DNA from: the human T2T-CHM13v2.0 reference genome, Homo sapiens
Length of the DNA: 64,000 nucleotides
Reading direction: 5' to 3' (one strand)
NCBI RefSeq assembly: GCF_009914755.1
Contig: NC_060941.1
This document shows positions 29,701-43,103 of this stretch, in pieces. Positions within the stretch are counted from its first letter, which is position 1, and every line of letters starts with the position of its first letter. The notes beneath the pieces were generated by a model. That model did not search any database, was not told where the DNA came from, and saw only the letters and a program-made list of their open reading frames with translations. The position numbers and the translations under genes were made by a program.

Positions 29701-32700
29701 AGAAACCTCTCTGTGATGATTGCATTCAACTCACAGAGTTGAACCCTCCTATGGATAGAGCAGTGTTGAAACTCTCTTTTTGTGGAATCTGCAAGTGGAT
29801 ATGTGGACCTCTCCGAAGATGTCTTTGGAAACGGGAATATCTTCACATAAAAACTAAACAGAAGCATTCTCAGAAAGTTCTCTGTGATGTTTGTGTTCAA
29901 CTCCCAGAGTGTCACATTGTTTCTCATAGAGTAGTTCTGAAACATGCTTTCCGTAGTGTCTGCAAGGGGACATTTGGAGCACTTTCAGGCCTGTGGTGGA
30001 AAACGAATTATGGTCACATAAAAACTGGAGAGAAGCATTGTCAGAAACTTCTTTGTGATGATTGCATTCAACTCACAGAGTTGAAGGTTGCTTTTCAAAC
30101 AGCAGTTTCCAAACACTCTTTCTGTGGAATCTGCAAGTGGATATTTGGACCTCTTTGAAGATTTCGTTGGAAACGGGAGAATCTTCACAGAAAAGCTAAA
30201 CAGAAGCATTCTCAGAAACTTCTTTGTGATGCTTGCATTCAACTCACAGAGTTGAACTTTCCTTTCGAGAGAGAAGCTTTGAAACACTCTTTTTTCAGAA
30301 TCTGCAAGTGGACATTTGGAGGGCTTTGAGGCCTGTGGTGGAAAAGGAATTATCTTCCCGTAAAAGCTAGATAGAAGCATTCTCAGAAACTACTTTTTGA
30401 TGATTGCATTCAAGTCACAGAGCTGAACATTCCCTTTGACAGAGCAGTTTGGAAACTCTCTTTGTTTAGAATCTGCAAGTGGAGATATGGAATGCTTTGA
30501 GGCCTATGGTAGTAAAGGAAATAGCTTCATATAAAAGCTAGACAGTAGCATTCACAGAAAACTCTTGGTGACGACTGAGTTTAACTCACAGAGCTGGACA
30601 TTCCTTTGGATGGAGCAGTTTCGAAACACACTATTTGTAGAATGTGCAAGTGGATATTTGGGCCTCTCTGAGGATTTCGTTGGAAACGGGATAAATGGCA
30701 AAGAAATAAACAGAAGTATTCTCAAAACCTTCTTCGTGATGTTTGCATTCAACTCACAGTGTTGAACCTTTCTTTGATAGTTCAGGTTTGAAACGGTCTT
30801 TCTGTGGAAACTGCAAGTAGATATTTTGACCTCTCTGAGGATTTCGTTGGAAACAGGATAAACCGCACAGAACTAAAACAGAAGCATTCTCAGAACCCTC
30901 TTCGTGATGTTTACATTCAACTCACAGTGCTGAACCTTTCTTTGATAGTTCAGCTTTGAAACACTCTTTTTGTAGAAACTGCAAGTGGATATTTGGTGCT
31001 CTCTGAGGATTTCGTTGGAAACGGGATAAACCGCACAGAACTAAACAGAAGCATTCTCAGAACCTTCTTCGTGATGTCTGCATTCAACTCACAGTGTGGA
31101 ACCTTTCTTTGATAGTTCAGGTTTGAAACACTCTTTTTGTGGAAACTGCAAGGGGATAATTGCACTTCTTTGAGGCCTACCGTAGTAAAGGAAATAACTT
31201 CCTATAAAAAGAAGACAGAAGCTTTCTCAGAAAATTCTTTGGGATGATTGAGTTGAACTCACAGAGCTGAACATTCCTTGCGATGGAGCAGTTTAGAAAC
31301 ACACTTTCTGCAGAATCTGCAAGTGCATATTTGGACCTCTCTGAGGAATTCGTTGGAAACGGGATAATTTCAGCTGACTAAACAGAAGCAGTCTCAGAAT
31401 CTTCTTTGTGATGTTTGCATTCAAATCCCAGAGTTGAACTTTCCTTTCAAAGTTCACGTTTGAAACACTCTTTTTGCAGGATCTACAAGTGGATATTTGG
31501 ACCACTCTGTGTCCTTCGTTCGAAACGGGTATATCTTCACATGACATCTAGACAGAAGCATTCTCAGAAGCTTCTCTGTGATGACTGCATTCAACTCACG
31601 GAGTTGAACACTCCTTTTGAGAGCGCAGTTTTGAAACTCTCTTTCTGTGGCATCTGCAAGGGGACATGTAGACCTCTTTGAAGATTTCGTTGGAAACGGA
31701 ATCATCTTCACATAAAAACTATACAGATGCATTCTCAGGAACTTTTTGGTGATGTTTGTATTCAACTCCCAGAGTTGAACTTTCCTTAGAAAAGAGCAGC
31801 TATGAAACACTCTTTTTCTAGAATCTGCAAGTGGACGTTTGGAGGGCTTTGTGGTTTGTGGTGGAAAAGGAAATATCTTCACCTAAATACTAGATAGAAG
31901 CATTCTCAGAAACTGCTTTGTGATGATTGCATTCACCTCACAGAGTTGACCATTCCTATTGATAGAGCAGTTTGGAAACACTCTTGTTGTGGAATGTGCA
32001 AGTGCAGATTTGGAGCGCTTTGAGGCCTATGGTAGTAAAGGGAATAGCTTCATAGAAAAACTAGACAGAAGCATTCTCAGAAAATACTTTGTGATGATTG
32101 AGTTTAACTCACAGAGCTGAACATTCCTTTGGATGGAGCAGGTTTGAGACACACTTTTTGTAGAATCTACAAGTGGATATTTGGACCTCTCTGAGGATTT
32201 CGTTGGAAACGGGATAACTGCACCTAACTAAACGGAAGCATTCTCAGAAACTTCTTGGTGATGTTTGCATTCAAATCCCAGAGTTGAACCTTCCTTTGAT
32301 AGTTCAGGTTTGAAACACTCTTTTTGTAGGATCTGCAAGTGGATATTTGGACCACTCTGTGGCCTTCGTTCGAAACGGGTACATCTTCGCATAAAATCTA
32401 GACAGAAGCCTTCTCAGAAACCTCTCTGTGATGATTGCATTCAACTCACAGAGTTGAACCCTCCTATGGATAGAGCAGTGTTGAAACTCTCTTTTTGTGG
32501 AATCTGCAAGTGGATATGTGGACCTCTCCGAAGATGTCTTTGGAAACGGGAATATCTTCACATAAAAACTAAACAGAAGCATTCTCAGAAAGTTCTCTGT
32601 GATGTTTGTGTTCAACTCCCAGAGTGTCACATTGTTTCTCATAGAGTAGTTCTGAAACATGCTTTCCGTAGTGTCTGCAAGGGGACATTTGGAGCACTTT

Positions 32701-35700
32701 CAGGCCTGTGGTGGAAAACGAATTATGGTCACATAAAAACTGGAGAGAAGCATTGTCAGAAACTTCTTTGTGATGATTGCATTCAACTCACAGAGTTGAA
32801 GGTTGCTTTTCAAACAGCAGCTTCCAAACACTCTTTCTGTGGAATCTGCAAGTGGATATTTGGACCTCTTTGAAGATTTCGTTGGAAAAGGGATAATCCT
32901 CACAGAAAAGCTAAACAGAAGCATTCTCAGAAACTTCTTTGTGATGTTTACATTCAACTCACAGAGTTGAACTTTCCTTTCGAGAGAGAAGCTTTGAAAC
33001 ACTCTTTTTCCAGAATCTGCAAGTGGACATTTGGAGGGCTTTGAGGCCTGTGGTGGAAAAGGAATTATCTTCCCGTAAAAGCTAGATAGAAGCATTCTGA
33101 GAAACTACTTTGTGATGATTGCATTCAAGTCACAGAGCTGAACATTCCCTTTGATAGAGCAGTTTGGAAACTCTCTTTGTGTAGAATCTGCAAGTGGAGA
33201 TATGGAATGCTTTGAGGACTATGGTAGTAAAGGAAATAGTTTCATATAAAAGCTAGACAGTAGCATTCACAGAAAACACTTGGTGACGACTGAGTTTAAC
33301 TCACAGAGCTGAACATTCCTTTGGATGGAGCAGTTTCGAAACACACTCTTTGTAGAATCTGCAAGTGGATATTTGGGCCTCTCTGAGGATTTCGTTGGAA
33401 ACGGGATAAACCGCACAGAACTAAAACAGAAGCATTCTCAGAACCCTCTTCGTGATGTTTGCATTCAACTCACAGTGCTGAACCTTTCTTTGATAGTTCA
33501 GCTTTGAAACACTCTTTTTGTAGAAACTGCAAGTGGATATTTGTTCCTCTCTGAGGATTTCGTTGGAAACGGGATAAACCGCACAGAACTAAACAGAAGC
33601 ATTCTCAGAACCTTCTTCGTGATGTCTGCATTCAACTCACAGTGTGGAACCTTTCTTTGATAGTTCAGGTTTGAAACACTCTTTTTGTAGAAACTGCAAG
33701 GGGATAATTGCACTTCTTTCAGGTCTACCGTAGTAAAGGAAATAACTTCCTATAAAAAGAAGACAGAAGCTTTCTCAGAAAATTCTTTGGGATGATTGAG
33801 TTGAACTCACAGAGCTGAACATTCCTTGCGATGGAGCAGTTTAGAAACACACTTTCTGCAGAATCTGCAAGTGCATATTTGGACCTCTCTGAGGAATTCG
33901 TTGGAAACGGGATAATTTCAGCCGACTAAACAGAAGCAGTCTCAGAATCTTCTTTGTGATGTTTGCATTCAAATCCCAGAGTTGAACTTTCCTTTCAAAG
34001 TTCACGTTTGAAACACTCTTTTTGCAGGATCTACAAGTGGATATTTGGACCACTCTGTGGCCTTCGTTCGAAACGGGTATATCTTCACATGACATCTAGA
34101 CAGAAGCATTCTCAGAAGCTTCTCTGTGATGACTGCGTTCAACTCACGGAGTTGAACACTCCTTTTGAGAGCGCAGTTTTGAAACTCTGTTTCTGTGGCA
34201 TCTGCAAGGGGACATGTAGACCTCTTTGAAGATTTCGTTGGAAACGGAATCATCTTCACATCAAAACTATACAGATGCATTCTCAGGAACTTTTTGGTGA
34301 TGTTTGTATTCAACTCCCAGAGTTGAACTTTCCTTTGGAAAGAGCAGCTATGAAACACTCTTTTTCTAGAATCTGCAAGTGGACGTTTGGAGGGCTTTGT
34401 GGTTTGTGGTGGAAAAGGAAATATCTTCACCTAAATACTAGATAGAAGCATTCTCAGAAACTGCTTTGTGATGATTGCATTCACCTCACAGAGTTGACCA
34501 TTCCTATTGATAGAGCAGTTTGGAAACACTCTTGTTGTGGAATGTGCAAGTGGAGATTTGGAGCGCTTTGAGGCCTATGGTAGTAAAGGGAATAGCTTCA
34601 TAGAAAAACTAGACAGAAGCATTCTCAGAAAATACTTTGTGATGATTGAGTTTAACTCACAGAGCTGAACATTCCTTTGGATGGAGCAGGCTTGAGACAC
34701 ACTTTTTGTAGAATCTACAAGTGGATATTTGGACCTCTCTGAGGATTTCTTTGGAAACGGGATAACTGCACCGAACTAAACGGAAGCATTCTCAGAAACT
34801 TCTTGGTGATGTTTGCATTCAAATCCCAGAGTTGAACCTTCCTTTGATAGTTCAGGTTTGAAACACTCTTTTTGTAGGATCTGCAAGTGGATATTTGGAC
34901 CACTCTGTGGCCTTCGTTCGAAACGGGTACATCTTCGCATAAAATCTAGACAGAAGCCTTCTCAGAAACTTCTCTGTGATGATTGCATTCAACTCACAGA
35001 GTTGAACCCTCCTATGGATAGAGCAGTGTTGAAACTCTCTTTTTGTGGAATCTGCAAGTGGATATGTGGACCTCTCCGAAGATGTCTTTGGAAACGGGAC
35101 TATCTTCACATAAAAACTAAACAGAAGCATTCTCAGAAACTTCTCTGTGATGTTTGTGTTCAACTCCCAGAGTGTCACATTGCTTCTCATAGAGTAGTTC
35201 TGAAACATGCTTTTCGTAGTGTCTGCAAGGGGACATTTGGAGCGCTTTCAGGCCTGTGGTGGAAAACGAATTATGGTCACATAAAAACTGGAGAGAAGCA
35301 TTGTCAGAAACTTCTTTGTGATGATTGCATTCAACTCACAGAGTTGAAGGTTCCTTTTCAAACAGCAGTTTCCAAACACTCTTTCTGTGGAATCTGCAAG
35401 TGGATATTTGGACCTCTTTGAAGATTTCGTTGGAAACGGGATAGCCTTCACAGAAAAGCTAAACAGAAGCATTCTCAGAAACTTCTTTGTGATGCTTGCA
35501 TTCAACTCACAGAGTTGAACTTTCCTTTCGAGAGAGAAGCTTTGAAACACTCTTTTTCCAGAATCTGCAAGTGGACATTTGGAGGGCTTTGAGGCCTGTG
35601 GTGGAAAAGGAATTATCTTCCCGTAAAAGCTGGATAGAAGCATTCTGAGAAACTACTTTGTGATGATTGCATTCAAGTCACAGAGCTGAACATTCCCTTT

Positions 35701-38700
35701 GACAGAGCAGTTTGGAAACTCTCTTTGTGTAGAATCTGCAAGTGGAGATATGGAATGCTTTGAGGACTATGGTAGTAAAGGAAATAGCTTCATATAAAAG
35801 CTAGACAGTAGCATTCACAGAAAACTCTTGGTGACGACTGAGTTTAACTCACAGAGCTGGACATTCCTTTGGATGGAGCAGTTTCGAAACACACTATTTG
35901 TAGAATCTGCAAGTGGATATTTGGGCCTCTCTGAGGATTTCGTTGGAAACGGGATAAACCGCACAGAAATAAAACAGAAGCATTCTCAGAACCTTCTTCG
36001 TGATGTTTGCATTCAACTCACACTGCTGAACCTTTCTTTGATAGTTCAGCTTTGAAACACTCTTTTTGTAGAAACTGCAAGTGGATATTTGGTCCTCTCT
36101 GAGGATTTCGTTGGAAACGGGATAAACCGCACAGAACTAAACAGAAGCATTCTCAGAACCTTCTTCGTGATGTCTGCATTCAACTCACAGTGTGGAACCT
36201 TTATTTGATAGTTCAGGTTTGAAACACTCTTTTTGTAGAAACTGCAAGGGGATAATTGCACTTCTTTGAGGCCTACCATAGTAAAGGAAATAACTTCCTA
36301 TAAAAAGAAGACAGAAGCTTTCTCAGAAAATTCTTTGGGATGATTGAGTTGAACTCACAGAGCTGAACATTCCTTGCGATGGAGCAGTTTAGAAACACAC
36401 TTTCTGCAGAATCTGCAAGTGCATATTTGGACCTCTCTGAGGAATTCGTTGGAAACGGGATAATTTCAGCTGACTAAACAGAAGCAGTCTCAGAATCTTC
36501 TTTGTGATGTTTGCATTCAAATCCCAGAGTTGAACTTTCCTTTCAAAGTTCACGTTTGAAACACTCTTTTTGCAGGATCTACAAGTGGATATTTGGACCA
36601 CTCTGTGTCCTTCGTTCGAAACGGGTATATCTTCACATGACATCTAGACAGAAGCATTCTCAGAAGCTTCTCTGTGATGACTGCATTCAACTCACGGAGT
36701 TGAACACTCCTTTTGAGAGCGCAGTTTTGAAACTCTGTTTCTGTGGCATCTGCAAGGGGACATGGAGACCTCTTTGAAGATTTCGTTGGAAACGGAATCA
36801 TCTTCACATAAAAACTATACAGATGCATTCTCAGGAACTTTTTGGTGATGTTTGTATTCAACTCCCAGAGTTGAACTTTCCTTTGGAAAGAGCAGCTATG
36901 AAACACTCTTTTTCTAGAATCTGCAAGTGGACGTTTGGAGGGCTTTGTGGTTTGTGGTGGAAAAGGAAATATCTTCACCTAAATACTAGATAGAAGCATT
37001 CTCAGAAACTGCTTTGTGATGATTGCATTCACCTCACAGAGTTGACCATTCCTATTGATAGAGCAGTTTGGAAACCCTCTTGTTGTGGAATGTGCAAGTG
37101 GAGATTTGGAGCGCTTTGAGGCCTATGGTAGTAAAGGAAATAGCTTCATAGAAAAACTAGACAGAAGCATTCTCAGAAAATACTTTGTGATGATTGAGTT
37201 TAACTCACAGAGCTGAACATTCCTTTGGATGGAGCAGGTTTGAGACACACTTTTTGTAGAATCTACAAGTGGATATTTGGACCTCTCTGAGGATTTCGTT
37301 GGAAACGGGATAACTGCACCTAACTAAGCGGAAGCATTCTCAGAAACTTCTTGGTGATGTTTGCATTCAAATCCCAGAGTTGAACCTTCCTTTGATAGTT
37401 CAGGTTTGAAACACTCTTTTTGTAGGATCTGCAAGTGGATATTTGGACCACTCTGTGGCCTTCGTTCGAAACGGGTACATCTTCGCATAAAATCTAGACA
37501 GAAGCCTTCTCAGAAACTTCTCTGTGATGATTGCATTCAACTCACAGAGTTGAACCGTCCTATGGATAGAGCAGTGTTGAAACTCTCTTTTTGTGGAATC
37601 TGCAAGTGGATATGTGGACCTCTCCGAAGATGTCTTTGGAAACGGGGCTATCTTCACATAAAAACTAAACAGAAGCATTCTCAGAAACTTCTCTGTGATG
37701 TTTGTGTTCAACTCCCAGAGTGTCACATTGCTTCTCATAGAGTAGTTCTGAAACATGCTTTTCGTAGTGTCTGCAAGGGGACATTTGGAGCGCTTTCAGG
37801 CCTGTGGTGGAAAACGAATTATGGTCACATAAAAACTGGAGAGAAGCATTGTCAGAAACTTCTTTGTGATGATTGCATTCAACTCACAGAGTTGAAGGTT
37901 CCTTTTCAAACAGCAGTTTCCAAACACTATTTCTGTGGAATCTGCAAGTGGATATTTGGACCTCTTTGAAGATTTCGTTGGAAACGGGATAACCTTCACA
38001 GAAAAGCTAAACAGAAGCATTCTCAGAAACTTCTTTGTGATGCTTGCATTCAACTCACAGAGTTGAACTTTCCTTTCGAGAGAGAAGCTTTGAAACACTC
38101 TTTTTCCAGAATCTGCAAGTGGACATTTGGAGGGCTTTGAGGCCTGTGGTGGAAAAGGAATTATCTTCCCGTAAAAGCTGGATAGAACCATTCTGGGAAA
38201 CTACTTTGTGATGATTGCATTCAAGTCACAGAGCTGAACATTCCCTTTGACAGAGCAGTTTGGAAACTCTCTTTGTGTAGAATCTGCAAGTGGAGATATG
38301 GAATGCTTTGAGGACTATGGTAGTAAAGGAAATAGCTTCATATAAAAGCTAGACAGTAGCATTCACAGAAAACGCTTGGTGACGACTGAGTTTAACTCAC
38401 AGAGCTGAACATTCCTTTGGATGGAGCAGTTTCGAAACACACTATTTGTAGAATCTGCAAGTGGATATTTGGGCCTCTCTGAGGATTTCGTTGGAATCGG
38501 GATAAACCGCACAGAACTAAAACAGAAGCATTCTCAGAACCTTCTTCGTGATATTTGCATTCAACTCACACTGCTGAACCTTTCTTTGATAGTTCAGCTT
38601 TGAAACACTCTTTTTGTAGAAACTGCAAGTGGATATTTGGTCCTCTCTGAGGATTTCGTTGGAAACGGGATAAACCGCACAGAACTAAACAGAAGCATTC

Positions 38701-41700
38701 TCAGAACCTTCTTCGTGATGTCTGCATTCAACTCACAGTGTGGAACCTTTCTTTGATAGTTCAGGTTTGAAACACTCTTTTTGTAGAAACTGCAAGGGGA
38801 TAATTGCACTTCTTTGAGGCCTACCGTAGTAAAGGAAATAACTTCCTATAAAAAGAAGACAGAAGCTTTCTCAGAAAATTCTTTGGGATGATTGAGTTGA
38901 ACTCACAGAGCTGAACATTCCTTGCGATGGAGCAGTTTAGAAACACACTTTCTGCAGAATCTGCAAGTGCATATTTGGACCTCTCTGAGGAATTCGTTGG
39001 AAACGGGATAATTTCAGCTGACTAAACAGAAGCAGTCTCAGAATCTTCTTTGTGATGTTTGCATTCAAATCCCAGAGTTGAACTTTCCTTTCAAAGTTCA
39101 CGTTTGAAACACTCTTTTTGCAGGATCTACAAGTGGATATTTGGACCACTCTGTGTCCTTCGTTCGAAAAGGGTATATCTTCACATGACATCTAGACAGA
39201 AGCATTCTCAGAAGCTTCTCTGTGATGACTGCATTCAACTCACGGAGTTGAACACTCCTTTTGAGAGCGCAGTTTTGAAACTCTGTTTCTGTGGCATCTG
39301 CAAGGGGACATGTAGACCTCTTTGAAGATTTCGTTGGAAACGGAATCATCTTCACATCAAAACTATACAGATGCATTCTCAGGAACTTTTTGGTGATGTT
39401 TCTATTCAACTCCCAGAGTTGAACTTTCCTTTGGAAAGAGCAGCTATGAAACACTCTTTTTCTAGAATCTGCAAGTGGACGTTTGGAGGGCTTTGTGGTT
39501 TGTGATGGAAAAGGAAATATCTTCACCTCAATACTAGATAGAAGCATTCTCAGAAACTGCTTTGTGATGATTGCATTCACCTCACAGAGTTGACCATTCC
39601 TATTGATAGAGCAGTTTGGAAACACTCTTGTTGTGGAATGTGCAAGTGGAGATTTGGAGCGCTTTGAGGCCTATGGTAGTAAAGGGAATAGCTTCATAGA
39701 AAAACTAGACAGAAGCATTCTCAGAAAATACTTTGTGATGATTGAGTTTAACTCACAGAGCTGAACATTCCTTTGGATGGAGCAGGCTTGAGACACACTT
39801 TTTGTAGAATCCACAAGTGGATATTTGGACCTCTCTGAGGATTTCGTTGGAAACGGGATAACTGCACCGAACTAAACGGAAGCATTCTCAGAAACTTCTT
39901 GGTGATGTTTGCATTCAAATCCCAGAGTTGAACCTTCCTTTGATAGTTCAGGTTTGAAACACTCTTTTTGTAGGATCTGCAAGTGGATATTTGGACCACT
40001 CTGTGGCCTTCGTTCGAAACGGGTACATCTTCGCATAAAATCTAGACAGAAGCCTTCTCAGAAACTTCTCTGTGATGATTGCATTCAACTCACAGAGTTG
40101 AACCCTCCTATGGATAGAGCAGTGTTGAAACTCTCTTTTTGTGGAATCTGCAAGTGGATATGTGGACCTCTCCGAAGATGTCTTTGGAAACGGGACTATC
40201 TTCACATAAAAACTAAACAGAAGCATTCTCAGAAACTTCTCTGTGATGTTTGTGTTCAACTCCCAGAGTGTCACATTGCTTCTCATAGAGTAGTTCTGAA
40301 ACATGCTTTTCGTAGTGTCTGCAAGGGGACATTTGGAGCGCTTTCAGGCCTGTGGTGGAAAACGAATTATGGTCACATAAAAACTGGAGAGAAGCATTGT
40401 CAGAAACTTCTTTGTGATGATTGCATTCAACTCACAGAGTTGAAGGTTCCTTTTCAAACAGCAGTTTCCAAACACTCTTTCTGTGGAATCTGCAAGTGGA
40501 TATTTGGACCTCTTTGAAGATTTCGTTGGAAACGGGATAGCCTTCACAGAAAAGCTAAACAGAAGCATTCTCAGAAACTTCTTTGTGATGCTTGCATTCA
40601 ACTCACAGAGTTGAACTTTCCTTTCGAGAGAGAAGCTTTGAAACACTCTTTTTCCAGAATCTGCAAGTGGACATTTGGAGGGCTTTGAGGCCTGTGGTGG
40701 AAAAGGAATTATCTTCCCGTAAAAGCTGGATAGAAGCATTCTGAGAAACTACTTTGTGATGATTGCATTCAAGTCACAGAGCTGAACATTCCCTTTGACA
40801 GAGCAGTTTGGAAACTCTCTTTGTGTAGAATCTGCAAGTGGAGATATGGAATGCTTTGAGGACTATGGTAGTAAAGGAAATAGCTTCATATAAAAGCTAG
40901 ACAGTAGCATTCACAGAAAACTCTTGGTGACGACTGAGTTTAACTCACAGAGCTGAACATTCCTTTGGATGGAGCAGTTTCGAAACACACTATTTGTAGA
41001 ATCTGCAAGTGGATATTTGGGCCTCTCTGAGGATTTCGTTGGAAACGGGATAAACCGCACAGAACTAAAACAGAAGCATTCTCAGAACCTTCTTCGTGAT
41101 GTTTGCATTCAACTCACACTGCTGAACCTTTCTTTGATAGTTCAGCTTTGAAACACTCTTTTTGTAGAAACTGCAAGTGGATATTTGGTCCTCTCTGAGG
41201 ATTTCGTTGGAAACGGGATAAACCGCACAGAACTAAACAGAAGCATTCTCAGAACCTTCTTCGTGATGTCTGCATTCAACTCACAGTGTGGAACCTTTCT
41301 TTGATAGTTCAGGTTTGAAACACTGTTTTTGTGGAAACTGCAAGGGGATAATTGCACTTCTTTGAGGCCTACCGTAGTAATGGAAATAACTTCCTATAAA
41401 AAGAAGACAGAAGCTTTCTCAGAAAATTCTTTGGGATGATTGAGTTGAACTCACAGAGCTGAACATTCCTTGCGATGGAGCAGTTTAGAAACACACTTTC
41501 TGCAGAATCTGCAAGTGCATATTTGGACCTCTCTGAGGAATTCGTTGGAAACGGGATAATTTCAGCTGACTAAACAGAAGCAGTCTCAGAATCTTCTTTG
41601 TGATGTTTGCATTCAAATCCCAGAGTTGAACTTTCCTTTCAAAGTTCACGTTTGAAACACTCTTTTTGCAGGATCTACAAGTGGATATTTGGACCACTCT

Positions 41701-43103
41701 GTGTCCTTCGTTCGAAAAGGGTATATCTTCACATGACATCTAGACAGAAGCATTCTCAGAAGCTTCTCTGTGATGACTGCATTCAACTCACGGAGTTGAA
41801 CACTCCTTTTGAGAGCGCAGTTTTGAAACTCTGTTTCTGTGGCATCTGCAAGGGGACATGTAGACCTCTTTGAGGATTTCGTTGGAAACGGAATCATCTT
41901 CACATCAAAACTATACAGATGCATTCTCAGGAACTTTTTGGTGATGTTTGTATTCAACTCCCAGAGTTGAACTTTCCTTTGGAAAGAGCAGCTATGAAAC
42001 AATCTTTTTCTAGAATCTGCAAGTGGACGTTTGGAGGGCTTTGTGGTTTGTGGTGGAAAAGGAAATATCTTCACCTCAATACTAGATAGAAGCATTCTCA
42101 GAAACTGCTTTGTGATGATTGCATTCACCTCACAGAGTTGACCATTCCTATTGATAGAGCAGTTTGGAAACACTCTTGTTGTGGAATGTGCAAGTGCAGA
42201 TTTGGAGCGCTTTGAGGCCTATGGTAGTAAAGGGAATAGCTTCATAGAAAAACTAGACAGAAGCATTCTCAGAAAATACTTTGTGATGATTGAGTTTAAC
42301 TCACAGAGCTGAACATTCCTTTGGATGGAGCAGGCTTGAGACACACTTTTTGTAGAATCCACAAGTGGATATTTGGACCTCTCTGAGGATTTCGTTGGAA
42401 ACGGGATAACTGCACCGAACTAAACGGAAGCATTCTCAGAAACTTCTTGGTGATGTTTGCATTCAAATCCCAGAGTTGAACCTTCCTTTGATAGTTCAGG
42501 TTTGAAACACTCTTTTTGTAGGATCTGCAAGTGGATATTTGGACCACTCTGTGGCCTTCGTTCGAAACGGGTACATCTTCGCATAAAATCTAGACAGAAG
42601 CCTTCTCAGAAACTTCTCTGTGATGATTGCATTCAACTCACAGAGTTGAACCCTCCTATGGATAGAGCAGTGTTGAAACTCTCTTTTTGTGGAATCTGCA
42701 AGTGGATATGTGGACCTCTCCGAAGATGTCTTTGGAAACGGGACTATCTTCACATAAAAACTAAACAGAAGCATTCTCAGAAACTTCTCTGTGATGTTTG
42801 AGTTCAACTCCCAGAGTGTCACATTGCTTCTCATAGAGTAGTTCTGAAACATGCTTTTCGTAGTGTCTGCAAGGGGACATTTGGAGCGCTTTCAGGCCTG
42901 TGGTGGAAAACGAATTATGGTCACATAAAAACTGGAGAGAAGCATTGTCAGAAACTTCTTTGTGATGATTGCATTCAACTCACAGAGTTGAAGGTTCCTT
43001 TTCAAACAGCAGTTTCCAAACACTCTTTCTGTGGAATCTGCAAGTGGATATTTGGACCTCTTTGAAGATTTCGTTGGAAACGGTATAGCCTTCACAGAAA
43101 AGC

